13,864 bases of DNA from Deltaproteobacteria bacterium TL4. Lineage in GTDB: Bacteria; SAR324; NAC60-12. The stretch lies in the NCBI GenBank assembly GCA_051382335.1, contig JBBCAX010000207.1:1-13864 (forward strand), given 5' to 3'. The stretch's first letter is position 1. Each line of letters opens with the position of its first letter. The position numbers were made by a program, and so were the translations under genes. Of the stretch, positions 8,391 to 13,864 are shown in pieces. The notes below the pieces were generated by a model. The model worked only from the letters and a program-made list of their open reading frames with translations, did not search any database and was not told where the DNA came from.

Positions 8391-8619
8391 ATGGTGGGTC
8401 TCAGTCGGAAAGGATCTTGGAAACTCTCCAAGACTCTTTCAACCAATAGGGGACTGACCCATCTCTATCTCCAAAAACAGGGACTTGTTTCTATCAGACA
8501 ACTTTGGCTCAAGTGTCACTATCCCGCGACAGCGCGATAATTTCTACGAACCGCCGTAGGCTTCAGCCGCATGTACGGTGGTGTGGGAGGTGGCGGAGAA
8601 AAACCGCTACCTACCCGAT
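8391..8619 (+). mobile_element. 3' remnant of a class C (IIC-attC) group II intron: IEP C-terminus plus domains V-VI
   Basis: 8391-8540 encodes GLSRKGSWKLSKTLSTNRGLTHLYLQKQGLVSIRQLWLKCHYPATAR*, resembling IIC-attC IEP ends. DV is GAACCGCCGTA...TACGGTGGTGT. The intron ends ACCCGAT, followed by TGGGC, the remainder of R'' GTTRRRY. Confidence 0.88.
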
Positions 8620-8628
8620 TGGGCGGGT

Positions 8629-9135
8629 TCACTCATGTTCACATCCGCAACATATGGCCTGATCACCACGAGGGCATTTTTCCGCGAAGCGGCCAAAGTC
8701 AATTAGATCTACATGTCGTTTTAGAATCTCTGGTAGGTCTTGCATCGTATAATTAGGGTAAATTCCTACGATTTTTGAATCTTGATTCGCTATTACAATG
8801 ACAGAAGTCGTATCGCTTTCATATAGACCGAGTTCTTGTGAAATTTCTTCCAGATCATCCCCTGAAAGCCATCCTCCTAAACACTCTATGATTTCGCCAT
8901 GAGGTCCACACTCCTCAAAAACACACATCGTGGGAAGACCGTTTTCTATGGGATAAACGTAAAATTTTGCTTGAGGTATCTTCCGATAAGGGCCAGAGGT
9001 TGAGTCTCCCGGTTTATAAGGAGCGGGGCCGCCCAGTTTGAGAGAACCAAACTCTTTGCTTTTGTCGCTCTTGCAACCGATTGACAGAAATATCATCGTG
9101 ACCATGAGGGTGAAGATCGAAGTAAAGCGCAACAT
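8629..9135 (-). CDS. Hypothetical lipoprotein (second gene of a two-gene cassette)
   Basis: Hydrophobic signal ends in LSIG-C, with RBS-like GGAG/AAGGA upstream. The stop is followed directly by R''-like GCCCAA. Confidence 0.75.
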   Translation of the reverse strand: MLRFTSIFTLMVTMIFLSIGCKSDKSKEFGSLKLGGPAPYKPGDSTSGPYRKIPQAKFYVYPIENGLPTMCVFEECGPHGEIIECLGGWLSGDDLEEISQELGLYESDTTSVIVIANQDSKIVGIYPNYTMQDLPEILKRHVDLIDFGRFAEKCPRGDQAICCGCEHE

Positions 9136-9140
9136 TGTCC

Positions 9141-10097
9141 TTACTCCACAACCTGAAGTGTCCCAATGCTGATCCTGTCCCCTTTTCTGGCCCTAATCAG
9201 AATCCGATACAATTCATCCCACCGATGTCGTTCCGTCAAGGTAATACAACCTAGTGAAGCCCGCCCTGTGTGAATATACCGGTCTCCGGTATGTCCTACT
9301 CGAAACCAAACTTTGGCATAATTGACATCGGGGTAGTTTCGTCCTCCTGGATGGGGAAAATCAGGAATTTCTACATCGTAAAGTCCTTTCTTCCAGGGAC
9401 TGGAGGGATAATCCCTCGCCAAATAAGTCGTTCCCTCCAAATTCAGGGTTTTCCTGGAAATGGAATACACCAGGTGAACCGCTCCCGTGTGTGGATTTTC
9501 TGTCGAAAGGTAGGAGGAACCGTCCTGTTTAAGCTGGATGGAAGCTTTTTTTCCTCGGTGCGACCCTTCTAGGGGCGTGAAATATTCACGTTGGCTTTCA
9601 ATACGATAACCCTCTACTTTGAGGGTAAACGGTAATGATGCTATTGAAGTACCATCCTCCCACCTGATTCTCATCCACCCATCTTTTGTTGCCGCTACAT
9701 AACGAATCGCTTCCAGCACAAGGACTTCCAGTGTCACATGAAAAACAGCGACCTTTTTTCCAAAGAATCCTCCAAATTCCTCAACCTTGATTGGATGGGT
9801 ACTTCGTTGAGGAGATGAATCATTCAGATCCACCTGGATCGTGGTTTGCTGACTCCCCACATCATTAAACACCGGGTCTCTTTCAATGACACGAATCTGA
9901 ACAGGCAGGGAGAAGGAAGGCTGGCTGGTAAGAAACTGCCCGATTTCCTTGTTGAGAGCAATGCTTTTGCCGGGAGACAGTTTCTTATTGATTCCCAGAA
10001 AATGGTTGGGAACCTCCATTTCAATCCGCAGATCCCTGCCAATGGAATCCTCGGAGTATTTCAAACCGACCCACTTCAGTATGATGATTTTGCTCAT
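9141..10097 (-). CDS. Hypothetical protein with a C-terminal L,D-transpeptidase (YkuD/Tlde1-like) catalytic motif
   Basis: The likely start is ATG 10097 after RBS AGGAG. The C-terminus RYIHTGRASLGCIT fits the His...S-x-G-C-I motif. No signal peptide is evident. Confidence 0.65.
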   Translation of the reverse strand: MSKIIILKWVGLKYSEDSIGRDLRIEMEVPNHFLGINKKLSPGKSIALNKEIGQFLTSQPSFSLPVQIRVIERDPVFNDVGSQQTTIQVDLNDSSPQRSTHPIKVEEFGGFFGKKVAVFHVTLEVLVLEAIRYVAATKDGWMRIRWEDGTSIASLPFTLKVEGYRIESQREYFTPLEGSHRGKKASIQLKQDGSSYLSTENPHTGAVHLVYSISRKTLNLEGTTYLARDYPSSPWKKGLYDVEIPDFPHPGGRNYPDVNYAKVWFRVGHTGDRYIHTGRASLGCITLTERHRWDELYRILIRARKGDRISIGTLQVVE

Positions 10098-10244
10098 CTT
10101 GCTCTCCTGCTTATTGTTAGCCAATAACAGACGCTGATTTCGAAATATCTGATATGGTAGAGAACAACATCATTCTATAAGTTGCTCTTTTGCGGAGTTC
10201 AACCAGTATCCGCTCTAGATATCTATGAACAAAGCCCATGGAAT

Positions 10245-10579
10245 CTACTCAATATTTTTCTCTTTACACCGGTATGCGGCAAATTGCCACTTTATCCCAT
10301 ACGCTTCACCCAGCATAATAAAACGATTACCGCCCATCTGGGCTGTTTTATTTCTGGCGTCAATGATCATGTCATTTCTCTCTTAGGGTTCAGATCCTTT
10401 CGTGATTGAGAACCACCCAAACCACCTATAAATCTCGCTTCCCAACGTAAATTTTCAGCGACTGCAGCAGTAGACTCGCCGATTTTCTCACAGTCTGTAA
10501 CATCTGATAAATTGTAGGCTTGATTCGTCCTCGTCCCTTCCGGTGTTAATTGATGGCCGGAACATCCGATGAACATCAT
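10245..10579 (-). pseudogene. Frameshifted, 5'-truncated DUF4156-like small lipoprotein
   Basis: The first frame reads MMFIGCSGHQLTPEG...VTDCEKIG. After a shift near 10380-10410 it reads DMIIDARNKTAQMGGNRF...AAYRCKEKNIE*. The pattern GC..LTPEG..C..G..ARNxxAxMGGN..AYRC is recognisable. Confidence 0.6.
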
Positions 10580-11289
10580 GCGGCACTGGCGGGAAACCAG
10601 CCAGCAAACAGCGAACAAACCGTGTTCCTGAGGTAAAGAATACCAGGAACACTTAGCGAAAGGCAAGGGCGAAACCGTGAGGGATCGTCTGAAGGCCTGT
10701 CCTGAACGCAGTCGAAGGGAAGCCCGGAGCAACGCTTCGACAGGCTCAGCGACCAACTGACGAGCCGACGGACAGAAATCGCATAGAAGGCTCACTTCCC
10801 TGGGATGAGTTAGCACAACATAAGGAAATCCTGTGGCTTGGGGGATAGGGTAAATGCGGCGGCAGTGTCACGAAAGATCATGTTCTTATCTGGGGAGATC
10901 TGTCCAGCGTGCGATCTGGTTCTTCAAAGAAGACCGGAAACGGAGCACTCCCCTTGTTTTGAAATCACTCAGCGCTTCATGGAGCAATCCATGAGGAGAC
11001 TGGACAGAAGTCAGCAGAAGCCGTAGGTGCCAAACGCCTGCCGTAATGGGCAGGACACGGTGAAGGGCTGAACCCTGGAGAGCGTATTCTCCTGAGCCGT
11101 TCTATACATCAATGAAGCCGACCGGTGGAGATGACAAGGGTAGACTGGCCCAGGATATAGAAACGCGACGTTGAGGTTTGTTTCTTAACGTGTCCGACTA
11201 CGGTCCGACACTCTTTGGGAACCGCCGTATGCGGAGCCGCATGTACGGTGGTGTGGGAGGTGGCGGAGAAAAACCGCTACCTACCCGAT
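10578..11289 (+). mobile_element. ORF-less class C (IIC-attC) group II intron (5' boundary approximate)
   Basis: DI motifs are TTAGCGAAAGGCAAGGG...GTCTGAAG/GAAGCCC, CATAGAAGGCT, GTAAATGCGG and TCTTATCTGGGGAGATCT. DII/III has GAAGTCAGCAGAAGCCGTAG...GAAGGGCTGAAC. DV-VI spans 11219-11289 and ends ACCCGAT before TGGAC. There is no room for an RT ORF. Confidence 0.85.
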
Positions 11290-11298
11290 TGGACGATT

Positions 11299-11710
11299 TC
11301 ATGAATTGTTCGGTTCCCTTTTGAGTTCATCAGGTAATAATGACCTCGTGAAGTTCACCATCTCTTCTGCTCTTTTGAAACCGTCATTCATCTCTTCAGG
11401 GGTCGGTTCCATAACATCCCCCGGATAACGAAATGCTGTGGCATACGGAGTCAATATATCTGCTGAATCTTCATATCTGACAAAATCGGGATTTATCGAC
11501 ACCGCTAATTGTACCAATAACCGAATGTCATGTGTTTTGGGAAATTCCCTATCATGTAAGAAACCCTTTCAGCGATTTTTCCACGGCTTGTTGACAGTGA
11601 TAAATGGCTACATCCAAATATTGTTCATTCTGTTTCAATATTTTTGAAACGGACAAATCATGTTTGGCTTTGGTGAACCAGTTCGTTACCAAAATCGCTT
11701 TATCATCCAT
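11299..11710 (-). pseudogene. HEPN-domain protein, frameshifted
   Basis: MDDKAILVTNWFTKAKHDL...YHCQQAVEKSLKGFL shifts near 11555 to HDREFPKTHDIRLL...FRYPGD. The span is 412 nt, not a multiple of 3. The ATG overlaps the MNT stop. Confidence 0.88.
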
Positions 11711-12017
11711 AAATCAGTTTCCCCTTTTGTAATATTTGATGTTCTAATGAGACGGGTACACTCGCGAATTTATTTACCTCTTTACGGGTTTTTACCAGAA
11801 TGTCTAATGGGTAGGGAATATCTCTCAAATGGCGGTATGCCAACGATGCGCGTTTGGTGGGAGAAAATTCACTATTTTTGACGATGACCAAAATATCCAG
11901 GTCACTATCTTGATGAGGACTTCCCCACGCATGAGAACCAAATAGAAAAATTTGCTCTGGATCAAATTCTTCAATCAAGCGTTTTATAATCTTCTCTAAT
12001 ACCTGATTGATATCCAT
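11703..12017 (-). CDS. Minimal nucleotidyltransferase (MNT) of an MNT-HEPN pair
   Basis: The motif LFGSHAWG...DSDLDILV is present, the protein is 104 aa, and it is coupled to the HEPN gene. Confidence 0.92.
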   Translation of the reverse strand: MDINQVLEKIIKRLIEEFDPEQIFLFGSHAWGSPHQDSDLDILVIVKNSEFSPTKRASLAYRHLRDIPYPLDILVKTRKEVNKFASVPVSLEHQILQKGKLIYG

Positions 12018-12065
12018 AATGACCTCTCAATGGAATATTCAAAGGTGATTTTGATATTTTTCATA

Positions 12066-12185
12066 GTCCAACGTCAAGCTGAGCGGCTGTGAACCCTACT
12101 CAACAGTGCGTAAAAACGATGTACTTCAACATAACTCAACTGCTAGCAAAAACGCGGCACAGTCCGCTCCAGTACCTGGTTGGGC
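12066..12185 (-). other. Intact attC recombination site (120 bp)
   Basis: The minus strand reads TGA-GCAA-R'' GCCCAAC-CAGGTA-CTGGAGCGGACTGTG...CACAGCCGCTCAG-CTTGAC-R' GTTGGAC. The L boxes pair imperfectly with extrahelical bases, and the site sits directly after the PemK stop. Confidence 0.88.
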
Positions 12186-12189
12186 TTGC

Positions 12190-12522
12190 TCACGACATGC
12201 CTAGCCATTCTTTTAAGGACCTCTCTATTTTTTGACTATCCGCATGACTCAGTTTACCAAGCCTTTTGATAATTAAGGATTGATGCACCGTGTAGATTCC
12301 ACGTTTAACGGCTGTTATGACATTGAGTCCTGCTAATGCCCAATCTGTGAGTACAAATTCACCTTTTAAAAGAGAAGTCGTTTTACTGGTTAGTGCTACA
12401 ACCAGCAAATCATTTGAAACGTGAGGAGCGTTGACCACAACCGCGGGACGTACTTTTTGCGCCGATACATCCGAGAAGGGATATTTCACTAAAATCACGT
12501 CATTTTTGGAGTAGTTCGGCAT
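12190..12522 (-). CDS. PemK/MazF family toxin
   Basis: DVILVKYPFSD...KVRPAVVV...ALTS...GLNV is the PemK pattern. The probable start MPNY at 12522 overlaps the antitoxin end. Confidence 0.9.
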   Translation of the reverse strand: MPNYSKNDVILVKYPFSDVSAQKVRPAVVVNAPHVSNDLLVVALTSKTTSLLKGEFVLTDWALAGLNVITAVKRGIYTVHQSLIIKRLGKLSHADSQKIERSLKEWLGMS

Positions 12523-12703
12523 AAATATCATCCTCAGGGTTATTCCATATCTTTTCGAGAGAATTTTGACTCACTTCTGCCCAGAATTGAGTCTCTTCAT
12601 TTTGGAGTACAGTCACTAATACATGCGCTCCCTCACTCAAAACCGCTGTTTCCAGCAACTCGATTTTTCCTTTGTGTACAATGCCTTCTAAAGTATTTAA
12701 CAT
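12500..12703 (-). CDS. Small antitoxin cognate to the PemK toxin
   Basis: RBS GGAGG is present. The 67-aa protein has GIVHKGKIELLE and an acidic tail SLEKIWNNPEDDIYAEL, and it overlaps the toxin start. Confidence 0.82.
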   Translation of the reverse strand: MLNTLEGIVHKGKIELLETAVLSEGAHVLVTVLQNEETQFWAEVSQNSLEKIWNNPEDDIYAELLQK

Positions 12704-12954
12704 CTCGCCTCCAAATTTAAAAAATCTTCAAGCCTGCGAAACGCCTGGAAAAAAGCGAGTCATCCCCGCTGGCTTCATTAGACAGGTTGGGCTTGATTTA
12801 AGAAAAACCTGCCGGAGCCTTCGACCGGATCATCCAATCCGGCTACTAACACCAGCAGGGCTGCCTCTTTTTGCCCCGCGAATGTAAAAAAGTGGGGGCG
12901 GGATTTCGTCCGTTGGTCGGCAAGCCGGTATCCGCCGACCTGGCGAGCTGGGGA

Positions 12955-13077
12955 GAGGGCGAGCCGAAACCCGTTGTTGTTGTTCCGGTTGTCGGGCGAG
13001 TTGTTGTTACGATTCGCCGAACGCAAGTTCCTGGCGTTGTTGTTCCAACTGCCGCTGCGTTTGACACGGTTCGAGCC
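12955..13077 (-). ncRNA. DGR template repeat (TR), FGE-sulfatase/CLec type
   Basis: It translates as GSNRVKRSGSWNNNARNLRSANRNNNSPDNRNNNNGFRL. Fourteen of 39 codons are Asn (13 AAC, 1 AAT). It lies just downstream of an RT C-terminus. Confidence 0.9.
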
Positions 13078-13102
13078 TCTCTGGACGAAACCCCCTGATC
13101 AC

Positions 13103-13204
13103 TATAGTTGTCCAGAAAAGTTTTTTCACTGGCAAGATGCCAGTGCCACTGGTGGGACAGGCTTCCAGCCCGTCAAAACTTTTCTGGACAACTGGACAAC
13201 TATA
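13103..13204. mobile_element. MITE family A, copy 4 (different core), inserted between the RT remnant and the TR
   Basis: Ends are TATAGTTGTCCAGAAAAGTTTT...AAAACTTTTCTGGACAA(CTGGACAA)CTATA. The core has CACTGGCAAGATGCCAGTG and GACAGGCTTCCAGCCCGTC. Confidence 0.82.
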
Positions 13205-13219
13205 AAATGGTCAATCCCT

Positions 13220-13483
13220 TCAGAACAAAACGCCAAATTTTTCAATCGCCATCCTCCGAAACGGTGTGCTGTCGCCAAGGTTCGTAAATGCGACCAGCGG
13301 TTCCAGATGACGGATTATTTCGCTTTCAGACCATAGTCCTTCGCAATAATTTCGTTCGTATTCCCTGTATTTGGTGGAAAAGCGTCTCATGCTCCGGGGC
13401 AGCAGACGAACATGACACGGAAATACTCGAAAACCAAGAAACGGTGCTCCCCGGCAGGTTCGGTTGAGCTGGATATTTTCCTT
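13220..13483 (-). pseudogene. C-terminal remnant of a DGR reverse transcriptase
   Basis: KENIQLNRTCRGAPFLGFRVFP..RL..RSMRRF..K...G.WSE...AFT...FR matches RT motif 7 (FLG[F/Y]) plus the thumb region. The catalytic YxDD region is absent. Confidence 0.8.
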
Positions 13484-13744
13484 GCGCCAATCCCGCAATC
13501 TGGCGAAAATCACGAAATTTTCGGGAGACAGGGTTTCCTTGTAGTCGATTTTTTTCTTGATCGCGTCTCTGCTCAGGGAATCTTTTCCATTCCCTTCCAT
13601 GTATTCCACGGCAATCGCTCAATAGAACCGCTTCTCTTGGCATACCAGTTCCCGTTGAAGGGTAATCAGACGAACTGTCTTCAAAAAAGCGTTCAGTTCC
13701 GCCTCGGCATCATCTTCGTATTTGATTGGAATTGAAAAAAATTT
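13478..13744 (-). pseudogene. N-terminal half of a DGR-associated HRDC-domain protein
   Basis: The frame reads KFFSIPIKYEDDAEAELNAFLKTVRLITLQRELVCQEKRFY*AIAVEYM...KIDYKETLSPENFVIFARLRDWRKE. There is an internal TGA at 13619-13621, and the 5' end is cut by the element at 13745. Confidence 0.78.
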
Positions 13745-13864
13745 CACCTGTGCAGGTACCTTTTTTTGGCTACTGGCCTAAGACGGGACAGCCATCATTT
13801 CAGTAGGTTGGGTAGAGCGGTAGCGAAACCCAACATCCAGGCAGTAATGTCCGTTTTTCGTTGG
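13745..13864. mobile_element. Second copy of the composite family C + family B MITE (truncated by the window end)
   Basis: It is 119/120 identical to 3330-3449, includes the CTTTTTTT TSD half, and has a different left flank. Confidence 0.9.

Noticed and set aside
10120..10244. Possible attC between the DUF4156-like and LDT-like genes
   Set aside because: Only an R'-like half (CAGCGTCT-GTTATTG on the minus strand) is visible. No convincing R''/L'' partner was found.
12778..13026. 82-aa Asn-rich ORF as a protein or DGR target
   Set aside because: This is the TR itself. It retains all its AAC codons and lacks the rest of the FGE-sulfatase domain.
8080..13744. Stop-codon reassignment explaining in-frame stops
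   Set aside because: The lesions are mixed (TAA, TGA and frameshifts), and intact genes use all three stops normally. Ordinary pseudogenisation fits.

Overview
Bacterial accessory region. The left part holds an orphan decaheme MtrC/OmcA-type lipoprotein (true start about 650), a cluster of MITEs, REP doublets and IS remnants (3240-4634), a small ribbon-helix-helix gene and tRNA-Thr(CGT). A Tgt-MnmD(MnmC-N) fusion gene follows, bracketed by the tRNA and a degenerate copy of its 3' half (8013-8058). From about 8080 to 12703 lies a minus-strand, integron-like cassette array with no integrase in the window. It contains one intact attC, two attC R'' boxes interrupted by opposite-strand class C (IIC-attC) group II intron remnants, MNT/HEPN and PemK toxin-antitoxin cassettes, an L,D-transpeptidase-like gene paired with a lipoprotein gene, and several pseudogenes. 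Directly upstream of the array is a collapsed diversity-generating retroelement (DGR): an AAC-rich template repeat of FGE-sulfatase/CLec type, and an HRDC accessory gene fused by deletion to the RT C-terminus. No DGR target gene is visible in the window. Three families of TIR-bounded miniature elements, each carrying REP-like doublets, are nested inside each other, and target-site duplications are readable. Family assignments come from motif recognition by eye, not from database searches.
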